From: Cladosporium halotolerans
Taxonomy: Eukaryota
DNA: 64,000 bases
Assembly (NCBI RefSeq): GCF_011745625.1
Contig: NW_027191453.1
Span: 124,001-188,000 of the forward strand
Reading direction: 5' to 3'
Shown piece after piece: positions 25,117 to 36,195 of this stretch. Each line of letters opens with the position of its first letter. Within the stretch, counting starts at the first letter, position 1. A program made the translations under genes and the position numbers. A model generated the notes under the pieces. The model was not told the origin of the DNA. It ran no database searches and worked only from the letters and a program-made list of their open reading frames with translations.

Positions 25117-25351
25117 ATAATCGCCGCAGCGGATTGGCCACGGCACGACACTGCGACGATGCGCTATTGAAGTGTCCTCTGTGCGACATCACGCGCAGTG
25201 CGAATCAGAAGGTGGCCGCCTCGCGGACGGTAGGGTAGAGCGCAACACATCACTCTGACGGTCCAGCGCGATGCGCGGTGGAGGGCGCTCGCGCAGCGCC
25301 ACGCCTGCCCTCCGGCGCACCTCACGGCCGAATCAGACGGCGGCTGATTAT
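25117..25351. promoter_or_regulatory. Cluster of CCAAT/CGAAT boxes upstream of HEM1, including a CBC:HapX-type bipartite site CSAAT-N12-RWT
   Basis: CGAAT-cagacggcggct-GAT at 25329-25348. Near-copy CGAATCAGAAGGTGGC at 25201. Reverse CCAAT at 25133-25137. Confidence 0.55.
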
Positions 25352-25584
25352 TTCGCTGGCGCTAGACCAGGGCCCAGGGCTGAGTCTGACTATTCCCACT
25401 GCCGACCACGCCGACTTTCCACTGAAAGTCTACCCGTCACTAACTGCACATAAGCATTGGCCCGCCCGAACATCCCACCTCTCTCCCTCCACCGCCCTCT
25501 GCTACCTTTTACCACCACCTCTCCAAACACACCAGCATACACGCCTTCTCTCACATCCTCCTCATTCCTGAATTCGCCACCACG

Positions 25585-27462
25585 ATGGAGGCCCTCCTCC
25601 GCCAGTCCAGGGCCATGTGTCCCTTCTTGAACAAGACCTCGCCCGCCACCCTTCGGTCGATGTCCACCAGCACCAATGTCCAGCACACGGCTCCCGGTGG
25701 CGGTGCCATGAGCAACCTGCAGATCATTGCCCGTCGCTGCCCGGTCATGGGCAAGGCTCTCTCCGTGCAGTCCTCCCGCATGGGCAACAATGTTCTTTCC
25801 GGCGCTTTCGGCGGCTCCAGGGCCTACTCGTCTCGCGTGCCGAGAGCGAACTTGCACACTGGCCGTGCGGACAAGGCTCAGGCCGTTGACCTGCCGCGCA
25901 CCAGGCGTGAGGCCTACTCTCCGCGCGCCACTGGGCAGAAGCCCGCCGAGTCTGCCCAAACGCAGAAGCACTCTCACGGCGTTCCTCCTGCCCCGCCCCA
26001 GGCCGCTCGCTTCGACTACGAGGCCTTCTATCAGAATGAGCTGGATAAGAAGCACAAGGACAAGAGCTACAGGTACTTCAACAACATCAACCGCCTGGCG
26101 CGCGAGTTTCCCCAGGCGCACATGAGCACTCCGGAGGACAAGGTTACGGTTTGGTGCTCCAACGATTATCTTGGAATGGGCAGGAACCCCGAGGTGTTGA
26201 ACAAGATGCACGAGACTTTGGACATGTACGGAGCCGGCGCCGGTGGTACCAGGAACATCTCCGGTCACAACCAGCACGCTGTCAGTCTGGAGGCGAGCAT
26301 TGCGAAGCTGCACGCACAGGAGAGTGCGCTGGTCTTTTCTTCTTGCTACGTTGCCAACGATGCAACTCTTGCGACTCTGGGCAGCAAGTTCCCCGACTGC
26401 GTGATTCTCAGTGACAGCATGAACCACGCTTCGATGATTCAGGGCATCCGCCACTCTGGCGCCAAGAAGATGGTCTTCAAGCACAACGATGTCGTCGATC
26501 TGGAGAACAAGCTCGCCTCCCTCCCCGCTGAGGTCCCCAAGATCATTGCCTTCGAGAGTGTTTACAGCATGTGCGGCAGCATTGGCCCGATTGAGGAGAT
26601 CTGCGATCTTGCCGACAAGTACGGCGCCATCACTTTCCTCGACGAAGTCCATGCAGTCGGCATGTACGGACCCAACGGTGCCGGTGTCGCCGAGCACCTC
26701 GACTACAACATCTACGCAAACGGGGGCAACACCAAGGGCACCATCATGGACCGCATTGACATCATCACCGGTACCCTTGGCAAGGCCTACGGCTGCGTTG
26801 GCGGCTACATCGCCGGCTCCTCCAAGCTCGTCGACACCATCCGCTCCCTCGCCCCCGGCTTCATCTTCACCACCTCCCTCCCTCCCGCCACCATGGCCGG
26901 CGCCCAAGCCGCCATCGAGTACCAAATGTCGCACCGCGGCGACCGCCGCCTGCAGCAGCTGCACACGCGCGCCGTCAAGTCCGCGCTGTCCGAGCGCGAC
27001 ATCCCCGTGATGCCGAACCCCTCGCACATCATCCCCGTGCTGGTCGGCGACGCGCAGGTCGCCAAGCGCGCCTCCGACCTGCTGCTGGAGAAGCACCAGA
27101 TCTACGTGCAGGCCATCAACTACCCGACGGTGCCCGTGGGCCAGGAGCGCCTGCGCATCACCCCGACGCCCGGCCACACCAAGCCCTTCCGCGACCACCT
27201 CGTCGCCGCGCTCGAGAGCGTCTGGCAGGAGCTGGGCATCAAGCGCACCTCCGACTGGGCGCGCGAGGGCGGCTTCATCGGCGTCGGCGAGGAGAACGCG
27301 CAGGTCGTCGAGCCGCTGTGGACGGATGCGCAGCTGGGTCTGACGGAGGTCGTTGAGGGCTTGAAGGCTGGCACGGGCGCGCTGGGCGTTTTGGAGAGCG
27401 TGCTGGCGCGCGAGCAGGAGGAGGTCAGGCAGGTTCAGGCCGTTGCTGCGGCTGCTGCTTAA
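25585..27462 (+). CDS. HEM1: 5-aminolevulinate synthase, mitochondrial
   Basis: Presequence with heme-regulatory CP motifs (MCPFL, RCPVM). [32 protein letters not shown] and the PLP lysine in GTLGKAYG. Confidence 0.97.
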   Translation: MEALLRQSRAMCPFLNKTSPATLRSMSTSTNVQHTAPGGGAMSNLQIIARRCPVMGKALSVQSSRMGNNVLSGAFGGSRAYSSRVPRANLHTGRADKAQAVDLPRTRREAYSPRATGQKPAESAQTQKHSHGVPPAPPQAARFDYEAFYQNELDKKHKDKSYRYFNNINRLAREFPQAHMSTPEDKVTVWCSNDYLGMGRNPEVLNKMHETLDMYGAGAGGTRNISGHNQHAVSLEASIAKLHAQESALVFSSCYVANDATLATLGSKFPDCVILSDSMNHASMIQGIRHSGAKKMVFKHNDVVDLENKLASLPAEVPKIIAFESVYSMCGSIGPIEEICDLADKYGAITFLDEVHAVGMYGPNGAGVAEHLDYNIYANGGNTKGTIMDRIDIITGTLGKAYGCVGGYIAGSSKLVDTIRSLAPGFIFTTSLPPATMAGAQAAIEYQMSHRGDRRLQQLHTRAVKSALSERDIPVMPNPSHIIPVLVGDAQVAKRASDLLLEKHQIYVQAINYPTVPVGQERLRITPTPGHTKPFRDHLVAALESVWQELGIKRTSDWAREGGFIGVGEENAQVVEPLWTDAQLGLTEVVEGLKAGTGALGVLESVLAREQEEVRQVQAVAAAAA

Positions 27463-28047
27463 GAGGTTGAGTTGGATGGCGAAAGAGACGATCGCGCGAT
27501 TTTTGAGCTTGATCTGATGCTTTGACTTTGTTGTTGGATGCAGCTGTTTCTTTGTGTGCAAATCTTCGACTTGACGATTTTCACGGGTGAATGCGAGAAA
27601 AGACGTAGAGCTATACCTATGCTCCGGACCTGCTTTTTTGCGTCAGATAGTCGAACAGTCTGTTCTTCGAGAGATTGAAGATGACTTGAATGCCACTCCT
27701 TTTATGGACGCAACATACTTTGCCGCTCCTTTACTGTTGTCCAATGCTCGTTATTTTTACAAGCCTCCTCAGGTCCAGTACTATCGATTGGACATGAGAG
27801 GGTTCCACGTGGACAGCGCACTTGTAATTTCCCAGGTGGCTGCCAAAATCTACGATGCCTGTCTCGAGGAGTACGATCCTTGTGGAAATGAAAAAGACGA
27901 TAATGCGAGATAATAGCATTGAAAACGAAAGAATGGATCACTTGTCAGGCCGTAAATGCAGCCCGTACATCAAAGGCTTTTCTTCATACACTTTTGATCT
28001 ATTCATGATATCCATACGCATCCATCATAGCACCCTTACCTAGGTAC

Positions 28048-29456
28048 CTAAGCAAGAGTCTTCTCAGTAAGCCTGATACCGTACTGCTCGTCGAGCTTGA
28101 CACGGATCGGCTCGCTGAGCTCAGGCGTGACGGGCGCGAGAACACCCTTCTGCTTGATCTCGCCGCTGAGCACCATGAGCACGGCGACGGCGCAGGGAAC
28201 ACCGACCAGCTTGGCCATGGCGGAGTATCCGCCGGAGCCCTCCTTCTCGCCGTACTCGACGAGCGTGCTGGTGCGGGTCTCCTTGCGGCCGTCCTTGTGC
28301 TCGATGAAGAACTTGTGCTGCAGCATGACCATGTCGCGCTCGCCCTCGGTGTACTGCATCTTCTGCTCCAGGCTGGCGCACAGGCAGTCGAGCGGGGTGC
28401 CGCGCGGCTCGATCTTCTCCGTGCTGCTCAGCAGGCCGAACCACCGCAGGCCCGCCAGGATGCGCTCCTTCTCCTCGTTCGACTGGAACTTGGCCTTGCT
28501 CTCGACCGCCCAGTTGAGGTCCTGCTCGGAGTGCGAGGTCGCGCCGAGGATCTTGGCCGTCGCCTCGGCCCAGGGGATGGGCTTCTTGAGGAAGTCGTGC
28601 TCGGCGTCGGACAGGAAGCCCAGGTTGGTGAGGGTCTGGACGAAGGCAGGGTTGCCTTGGTAGCGCAGCGTACCGCGGATGAGGGTCTGGGCCTCGGGGA
28701 TGTCGTAGCGCTCGCGGAAGGGGGTGCTGTCGCGGTTGGGGTAGGCCTCGAAGGCGTAGCCGGGGTAGATGGGGTAGGACTTGGCGGTGCTCATGAGCTC
28801 GGGCCCGGGGGTGGTGACCTTCTTGCCGTCGCGGTAGAAGGTGGCGGTGTTGCGGGCGGCGAGGAGGACACCGCGCGGCGACCAGGAGAACTTGTAGCCG
28901 AGAGGGTTGTCGCTGGACTCCGGAGCGGGCAGACCACCGCAGTAGGAGAGGAAGCCGTTGATCTTGCCGCCCTCCTTGTGCACCTCGTCGATGGTCTTGA
29001 CGGCGTACAGGTGGTCGATACCGGGGTCGAGGCCGATCTCGTTGAAGACGGTGATGCCGGCGTCCTTCGCCTCCTGGTCCAGGGCCATCATGGCCTCGGA
29101 GACGTAGGAGGTGGTGACAACATGCTTCTTGACCTTGATGGCGGCCTTGATGACCACGGCGTGGAAGGTGTAGGGAATGAGGGAGATGACCAGGTCATTC
29201 TTGCTGATCTCCTTCTCAAGGGCAGCAGAGTCGGAGACGTCGAGCGAGATGGGGCTGGCGTTCTTGAGGCCTTCGGCGAGGGCCTTGGCGCTGTCGAGGG
29301 TACGACAGGCTGGGGGAGGGTAAGCATGAGTGTGTCTCAAGAAAGTGACGGAGTATACATACCAACGGTGACCTTGACACCGGCCTTGTCGAGCTCGACG
29401 GCAGTCGGTCTGGTGACGAAGCCAGCGCCGAGAAGCAGAACCTGGTTGGGAGCCAT
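28048..29456 (-). CDS. LYS9: Saccharopine dehydrogenase (NADP+, L-glutamate-forming) / saccharopine reductase
   Basis: Exon 1 MAPNQVLLLGAGFVTRP..., intron 29362-29310, then ACRTL. Motifs NEIGLDPGIDHLYA, SYCGGLPAPE, LGYKFSWS, AYPNRDS, RGTLRY, SAMAKLVG. Confidence 0.96.
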
Positions 29457-29894
29457 GATTGCTATTGTGTTGGTGATTAATTGACGTGAATCAATTGATC
29501 AGAGACAGTTGGAGTCGGGGTCAGGGAACGGCTTCAAAAGTTGCCCGCTTCAATGCCTCGCGCCCAGTCATGGCGGGCAAAAATGAGCGTCATCCCACCC
29601 GACAGCCCACCTTGCCCGACGTCGGCGTTACCAGGTAGCAAGCGAGCCTCCCCGCTACCTGAACTGAAGGCTGCCTCCGCGGACTCTTGCTGCCTGAGAT
29701 GCCTCAGCATTAGCGAATGCACGAGCCTGCCGTGCCTGCCTTCGCCAAGCCCCAGCTGGCATTAACTTCTACAAATCCTTGGACGACATCACGTCTCTTT
29801 CTTTTCATTCCTTCACGCGGCAACCAGAATCAGAAATCCCTCTGCACCTGCACACGAAGGATATCCCTTTTGTATCCTTCTGCGCATCGCAGCC

Positions 29895-31101
29895 ATGTCA
29901 GCCATGGAGATGTTCTGGGCCGCGCCGCCGGTTGCTCGGTATGCAAGCTCGAATTCGCCTTGATGGCCAAGGACCTCTCTGATTTACTGATCTACAGAAC
30001 CATCACTGCTATCACTGTCGCACTGTCCGTGCCAGTGCACATGCAATTGATCCCTGGGTACTACGTTGCCTTTTTGACTTACAGGGTCTTCACGTGGCGA
30101 ATCATACCCGAAGTTTGGCGTCTACTCACGCCGTTCTTCATCACGTCCCCGAACCTCGGCTTGCTCATGGATCCTTACTTTCTCTGGATGTACAGCAGCC
30201 AGCTCGAGAGGGAGTCTAGCCGGTTCTCTCAGCCGGGCGAGTTCTTCACCTACCTCATCTTCGTATGCTCGGTGATCTTGGTGAGTCGGGATATCTCTGC
30301 TTTTCTTCAACACGCGAAGCTTCCTCAGCACAATTTCCTTCTTCGTTCCTTACATTCAACCTCCCATTATCTGCCCGGCCAGCTGCTCTTAGCTGTGACC
30401 GGTTCCTGGTTGGGAGGGAAATTACCCCTGCACTGTGCGGGCGCTCGTCATTCGCAATCAATCCAAGAGCGTTCGTGGAGTGTGGGCATGGTGGGATTCC
30501 GGTTTTGAGAAATCTGTTAGCCGAGACATGTGGCGAAACGGAGGTTGTTGGCCCCTACATCTCTTCTTCGAAATTTATACTTGTCATTTGTTCGCTCGTC
30601 CCAGAGTCGGCACTGACAATCCTGTAGATGACCTGTGGCATTGGCATGGACGGCGTATTCTTCCTCAGTGCTTTGACGTTGGCGCTGGCGTATACGTATG
30701 CCCAGGACAACCCCAATAGGCAGCTCACCTACTTCATCGTCACGTTCTCTGCCAAGTATCTCCCATTTGCGATGCTTGCTCTGACACTAGTGATGGCGTC
30801 GCCCAGGGCTGCCCTGGAGCAATCGACTGGCCTAGTCGCTGCGCATGCTTACGAGTTCCTGACCAAGATCTGGCCAGAGCATGGCGGAGGTCGCAAGGTC
30901 ATCAACACGCCCGCTTTTGTGGCGAGATGGTTCGCGACAGCTCCCGGAGTCGCTGCCCAACGCTCTTACGGCACGGCGTATACTGGCACCTCCGGGGCTC
31001 AGAACGTGGGACAGCAAGGCCAGGCTGGGGGCAATGGCGGATGGGCCAGTGGCTCATCTTGGAGTTCTCGCGGTCAAGGTAGACGTCTTGGAGGCAACTA
31101 A
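29895..31101 (+). CDS. Derlin (Der1/Dfm1-like ERAD membrane protein) with C-terminal SHP-like box; 3 exons
   Basis: MEMFWAAPPVAR|TITA...PEVWRLLTPFF. Introns 29939-29997 and 30281-30627. TGLVAAHAYEFLTKIWP. C-terminal RGQGRRLG resembles the Cdc48/p97-binding SHP motif. Confidence 0.9.
30358..30562 (+). ncRNA. Intronic box H/ACA snoRNA, predicted guide for LSU rRNA pseudouridine at the yeast U966 position (snR43-like)
   Basis: 5' hairpin: CTCCCA(30361)/TGGGAG(30411) lower stem, pocket TTATCTGC / TTCCTGGT, CCGG and AGCT upper stems. H box AAATTA at 30419-30424, 15 nt after the guide start. Further hairpins follow, then ACA at 30557-30559. The pocket pairs with rRNA UCAGGA-UA-GCAG. Confidence 0.78.
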
Positions 31102-31251
31102 TACCCAGATGTTTTTGAATGAGAATCATTCCTTTGCTATTGTGCTGCCCTATCATCCTTCTTTGGGTCCCTTCTGACTTTCATTGCCGACACGATGCCT
31201 CGCCACTGCGCTGCACCGCCAATGCGCAAAGCGCTGAACCTTGTTACTTTC

Positions 31252-31779
31252 CTACATCGCGACACAGCCCCACGTCACCTCCATCCACTCTCCGTCCTTC
31301 CCTTTCCTTCCAACGACGCTTCTCCCCCCAAGCCACAGGTTTCTATCCGACCACAAGAGTTTCTTCTTGCCCTCCTCTTCGGCTAATATCACAGCATTGT
31401 CACCATCGACAGGGATCGCGCTCTCACTAGGCCCGCCATCAGCAACCTCAGGGTGGGGCTGCTGGACCTGCTGCAACGGAGGAGCGGCCGTGATTAGATC
31501 CGGATCAGGGATCTGAGGTGGTTGCTGCTGTGGAAATGGGAGAGGAGTTTGCTGCATTGGCGGGAAAGGTTGCATAGGTTGGAAGGTCTGCTGCGGCTGT
31601 TGCTGTTGCTGCATTGGAGGGTTTTGCAATAACTGCCCCAGAGGCGATTGTGGGTTGGGCGGGTACGTCGGCTGTGGCTGGTAGATGCCTTGCATGTGCT
31701 GCTGCGGGTATTTTTGATATTGGTTCTGGCCTCTAACGGGTCCTTGTTGGGCTTGGGGTTGCGCGAATGGTTGTTGCAT
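31252..31779 (-). CDS. Hypothetical Gln/Pro-rich protein with C-terminal CaaX motif (CVAM)
   Basis: 175-aa ATG ORF with a low-complexity Q/P N-terminus, a compact Trp-containing C-terminus and the ending ...WGCVAM*. Confidence 0.6.
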   Translation of the reverse strand: MQQPFAQPQAQQGPVRGQNQYQKYPQQHMQGIYQPQPTYPPNPQSPLGQLLQNPPMQQQQQPQQTFQPMQPFPPMQQTPLPFPQQQPPQIPDPDLITAAPPLQQVQQPHPEVADGGPSESAIPVDGDNAVILAEEEGKKKLLWSDRNLWLGGRSVVGRKGKDGEWMEVTWGCVAM

Positions 31780-32739
31780 CGTTGGGAGGCGTGCGATGAT
31801 TTGACTTGAGCGAGTACGGTGTGGAGAGCGAGTGGAAGTCGGGAGAGGGCGTCTTCATGGTATTTGTTCGGCGGCAATTGCGAACTCTATTTACTATCAT
31901 GGGATTTTGCTCGTGGTATGCGGGCACGCGACACTTTGGAGCGTGATGTCCTTGAAGGGCGCTAGTGACGCACGCAAGTACACGATACAGGTACCCGAGT
32001 CTGATATGTTGTGCTGCGTGAGAGTCACATCGCAATTTCAAAGCCAGGGTAGCTTGAATGCAAGGTGATCCGGATCTTATTCGAATCTTACGCGATCGAC
32101 CAAAATCGGTCACTGAAGGTAAGCATAGATCCTAAGCGGCAAAAGATCAATCAAGCACACATCACTATTTGCGCCATCGTTTCGAGTTACCAAGCTTACA
32201 TTACACCGTAGCTTACATTTCGATGAATAAAAGAACGAAGCTGCGAAGAAATGAATATGACATCTTTGTCTATAACGACCTTGATCTCCGAAAACGAAAT
32301 TCACGGGGGGAGCTGGCTGCCACATGCAAATGCAAGCGATCAAGTGAAGTGAGCACTGACCAACCGAGGGCAGCATCTTAATTGTTTTCACGATTCTTGC
32401 AATGGACTGCCAGAATTTCCTAATTAGGAAGTTGTGGAAAAGCTTTGACTGTCACATGCAAGCGGAATGATGAAGTGAAGCAAACACGCTACTCTCCGAG
32501 ACGATCGGTAGACCTTCAAACATTCAACTTCTTGCTGACGCAGACAAGTAAAGCCTAGACTCGCTCTGCTCACAAGACTCTAGAAACCCTCCCAAGCACA
32601 TCCTATCGGCTGTAATAGAGACCGAGCCGTCATCCTCCGCTTCCTTGACGCTGATAGATGTTTCCTTCAAAGCACTCGATGCAGAATCCGTCATCTTCCA
32701 GCGCTCAGCGATAACCTTGGTCCAAAATCATCACCTCTC

Positions 32740-33228
32740 TCAATGCTTCTTCGCTCTCCATTCGCTCCACTTCGTCTGGACCTTCGACCCCTTCTCCTTC
32801 AAAGCAAACTTCATCATGTCAGACAAGGTCGATCTCATACCCCCACTCCTCCTCACCCAAACAAAAAGTCCCTCCTTCCTCCAGCTCAACTCCTCGTACC
32901 TCTCATTCGCCGCCTCAAGTCTCACAACTTCAGCATTCTGCGCTCTCAGCGCCCTATCCAAAGATTTCGCCGCCTCTCTGAACTGATTGGCCCTCTTCTT
33001 CCACTGGTCGACCTCAACGCGCAAGAACATGCATTGCCCCATCCGCTCCTCCAGCTCCTTCGTTCTCAAGCGATAATCTGCTTCGAGGGCATTGTAATCT
33101 CTGCAGATGTGTCTGAGTGTGATCTTGATCGTAGGGACATCGTTAAAGCTGGCGCTGAAGACTTCCTCCTTGTACTTGCTAGGAAGGGTTGGAGAGTCGG
33201 GGCGTGGCGGCAATGTGTATTTTGCCAT
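32740..33228 (-). CDS. Hypothetical coiled-coil protein (~162 aa)
   Basis: ATG at 33228 in an AAAAAATGG context. Heptad-like region (YNALEADYRLRTKELEERM...LEAANERYEEL). Confidence 0.55.
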   Translation of the reverse strand: MAKYTLPPRPDSPTLPSKYKEEVFSASFNDVPTIKITLRHICRDYNALEADYRLRTKELEERMGQCMFLRVEVDQWKKRANQFREAAKSLDRALRAQNAEVVRLEAANERYEELSWRKEGLFVWVRRSGGMRSTLSDMMKFALKEKGSKVQTKWSEWRAKKH

Positions 33229-33555
33229 TTTTTGCGTTTTCTTGGGCGGTTTTGGGAAGGGATGATAAGGCATGTGTTGGTTGATTGATGGTGATGAGGG
33301 TAGCTTTGATTTGGTCAAAAGGGATCCATTGCAGTTTATATGTCGACTCTCTGATTGTGCCTTAGTGCATGGATGTGAGACACACGCTCGAGGACAGCCT
33401 GGAATCGAGCAAACGTGGATAGGTGAAGCAGAAAGCATTGCGATTGAGGTAAATGTTGCAAGCGAGACACGCGTATTTCCTAAGCAGAAGAGCAGAATAG
33501 CTGGCAGCAATCACTTGGGGATGAAAGGTGAGCCAGATTTTATTACAGCCTACCA

Positions 33556-34587
33556 CTAGTCTTCCATAACAACACCAACCTCTCGGTCTTCCACGGCCGC
33601 CTTCAATTCCTCCATATCGCCGCCTCGTTGTCTAACCACAAAGCCAGTCGTCTCGCTGAAAGTCTCTCCGTTATTGCCAAACCACTCCCCAAGCGTCGTC
33701 ACGTAGGCTTCCACCTGACTCTTCATCGGGAATTGTTCCTTCAGAAGCAGGATCTGCCCCGGATCCAGTTTCATCATGTCCTCAACGACGTAGTAGTGTC
33801 CGACGTCGTCTCCCCAGCCTTCCGCACCAGGCTCATGAAATCGTGACGGGGTCAGCTTCGCGTGGTACTTCGACGAGTCCATGCCAGAATTGTAATAGCT
33901 GCTACTGTCCGGTACGAAAGAACTTGGCGGGTAGTTGAGATGGATGTTGAACAAGAGCTGATGACTGCTGTCGGGGTAGCGCTTCTTGAACTTCTGGCGG
34001 ATCCTGCCGTTCGAGGGACAGACGTTGTTGGCGACAATCTCGCGCAAGATCTGGTGCACGTCGAGCATCTCAGCGAGCTCCGCTGTTGAGAAATTGTGCA
34101 GGAGTGCGGCGCGCTCACGCATCGTCTCTGGAAGCGATCGGGCGAAGCGGACGTGGCTCGAGTTGTGAAAGGCGCGGTCGAAGAGCCAGAGGCGGTATAG
34201 GGCGCGGCGCAAGTTGTAGCGCTCGGTTGGCGTGAGGAGACGACGCGACGCGAAGTCCGTCTTCCACTTCTTGAAAGGGTATATCTCCTCATACTTCTGC
34301 GCAATCTTGCCAATCTTTAACATTTGTTTGATCAACGCGTCGGAGACAGGGACGTCGCGGTGGATGTGAGCTGGCTGGGAGGCGTTGTGCGTGGCAATCT
34401 GGACGATGTCGTCCAGTGGTCCGAACTCGGCTTCAGCGGCTTGCGTGAGAATGAGAAGTCGTTTGCTGGAGTGGTACACATGGCGGAAATGGTGGCATGT
34501 GGACGACAGTGCGAGCGCTGAATCAATGGAGGGCAGCGAGAGGAAGATCTGTGTGACGATCTCGGTTGGGAGGGTGTCGAAGAACAT
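33556..34587 (-). CDS. F-box domain protein
   Basis: N-terminal F-box-like MFFDTLPTEIVTQIFLSLPSIDSALALSSTCHHFRHV. Strongly coding codon usage over the ORF. Confidence 0.82.
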   Translation of the reverse strand: MFFDTLPTEIVTQIFLSLPSIDSALALSSTCHHFRHVYHSSKRLLILTQAAEAEFGPLDDIVQIATHNASQPAHIHRDVPVSDALIKQMLKIGKIAQKYEEIYPFKKWKTDFASRRLLTPTERYNLRRALYRLWLFDRAFHNSSHVRFARSLPETMRERAALLHNFSTAELAEMLDVHQILREIVANNVCPSNGRIRQKFKKRYPDSSHQLLFNIHLNYPPSSFVPDSSSYYNSGMDSSKYHAKLTPSRFHEPGAEGWGDDVGHYYVVEDMMKLDPGQILLLKEQFPMKSQVEAYVTTLGEWFGNNGETFSETTGFVVRQRGGDMEELKAAVEDREVGVVMED

Positions 34588-35028
34588 GGCTGCGGCGGTG
34601 GTGGGCGTTGTAGTGTGTAGTAGTGAAATATATGCTTTATCGGTGTGGTATGCAAACAATCTTCCTCGTCTCTTCTATCTCCTCACTCAGTTTGGTCAAA
34701 GAAACAAAAGCCAGACAACAATGTTGGGTGTCTGGCAACGCGTTCAATGCTCAGATAACGAACACCCCTCCGTTGGGGCTATAGATGAGAGTTGTGGGTT
34801 CATCGCACGGCATTGTCGCCTGGCTGTAAGAAGCCATTGGAGTAGAGTCGTCCATGAATGCGGTGATGGTAGGAAGACAAACAAGAAATCAAAAGGAGAG
34901 GAGAGTTGCCCCAGGCGAGGTGACGCGACTGATGGAAGCTGGAGCCAGCCACCTCCACGTGGAGACCCCATGCTCAAAGCACCAGCCCTCGTTCCACCGT
35001 CCACGCAAGCGCCGCAGCCTACTGGACC

Positions 35029-36102
35029 ATGGACACGGGCACCTACAATTGCAGAGACTACGAGTTCAGCCCGCATTTCGCCGCCGCGACAATCACAAAC
35101 CCCAGCCGCCATGCTTACCTTCAGCGCCACGAGAGCTGGGCCGACCTCGAGCACCGCTCCCGATCACCAGCCAGCATGATGCCGAAGTTCCCTCTCCTCA
35201 GACTGCCTCTCGAACTGCGCCAGCAGATCCTCCTCTACCTCTTACCACACACGCAAGAGCTCGGCAGCCATGTTGATCCTCTGGAAACGCACGTGCGCAA
35301 CTTCTCCGCAGTGCAAAAGCGCGTGCGCAAGGGAATGGAACTGCCTCCCACAAAACATGCGGCGCCGCAACCTCGAAAAAGTACTGGCGTGCCGAGCAAT
35401 GTAGCATGGCGGCGCGGTAATACAAGCCTTTTCGCCGTATGCCGGCAGCTGCACGATGAGTGCGCAGACTTGGTGTATGGTGGGAACACATTCATGCTGG
35501 GCGTCACGTTCTCCAAGATCACTTTCCGGTTCCGATATCTGCTTCCCAGCGGCATGGCGCCGCAGCGCGAGTATGCGTTCATTGAGCTGATGCCGGAGAG
35601 ATATCTGCGACGGCTTAGGCGAATTATGGTGTCCGTCGATCATGTGGACAGTTACACGGGCATGATCAAGTACAACGTGAGCGGGAAGGGATTGGTCCAT
35701 GGGTTGCGGCGGCAAGTCCTCAGGCTGGTGGGGGCACTGCAGCCAGTAGATGCAGAGGACATGGCGACGGACAAGTCTACAGAGGAACAAGGACTGGCTA
35801 GGGTCATTATCCGCATATCCAACGAGAACGCGGTCATGCAAAGCCTGAAGGCGCAGTTCGGCGAAGTGCAAAAGATCTCGGAGGATATCGAAGAGATCCT
35901 CGAGCCTTTTGGTCATTTCCGTGGCGTGCGAGATCCGAGAGTCCTCGGCGCCGTCGGTCAGGGGTATGCCCGCGAGCTGGAAGAGCGAATGCGTAGCCTT
36001 GAGCCGCTCGAGGACCAAGCCTGTTGCTGTGGTGGCGGCATGGCGGATGTGGCTGTGGACGAGAAGCCTGTGCAGCTTTGTGTCTATGGCAATGATATAT
36101 GA
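35029..36102 (+). CDS. Hypothetical protein with F-box-like motif (FPLLRLPLELRQQILLYLL...SLFAVCRQLHDECADLVY)
   Basis: 357-aa ORF carrying the split LPxE(L/I)R..I...LL / L..VCRQ...E motif common to a large Pezizomycotina F-box-like family. Confidence 0.75.
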   Translation: MDTGTYNCRDYEFSPHFAAATITNPSRHAYLQRHESWADLEHRSRSPASMMPKFPLLRLPLELRQQILLYLLPHTQELGSHVDPLETHVRNFSAVQKRVRKGMELPPTKHAAPQPRKSTGVPSNVAWRRGNTSLFAVCRQLHDECADLVYGGNTFMLGVTFSKITFRFRYLLPSGMAPQREYAFIELMPERYLRRLRRIMVSVDHVDSYTGMIKYNVSGKGLVHGLRRQVLRLVGALQPVDAEDMATDKSTEEQGLARVIIRISNENAVMQSLKAQFGEVQKISEDIEEILEPFGHFRGVRDPRVLGAVGQGYARELEERMRSLEPLEDQACCCGGGMADVAVDEKPVQLCVYGNDI

Positions 36103-36195
36103 GATATGCCCTGACGATCATGAGAATTAGATGAATCAAGATTTCTATACTATGAGCATAGATGCTCAGCCATGTTGCAACACGCCGCGCCAGCC

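Noticed and set aside
25390..27561. 723-aa ORF antisense to HEM1
   Set aside because: Shadow frame produced by the strong GC3 codon bias of HEM1; no start context or recognisable motifs.
28297..29484. 395-aa ORF antisense to LYS9
   Set aside because: Same codon-bias shadow effect.
32461..32541. ATGATGA ... CTGA spaced like a box C/D snoRNA
   Set aside because: I could find no rRNA/snRNA complementarity upstream of the D or putative D' boxes, the terminal stem is minimal, and it lies antisense in a likely 3' UTR.
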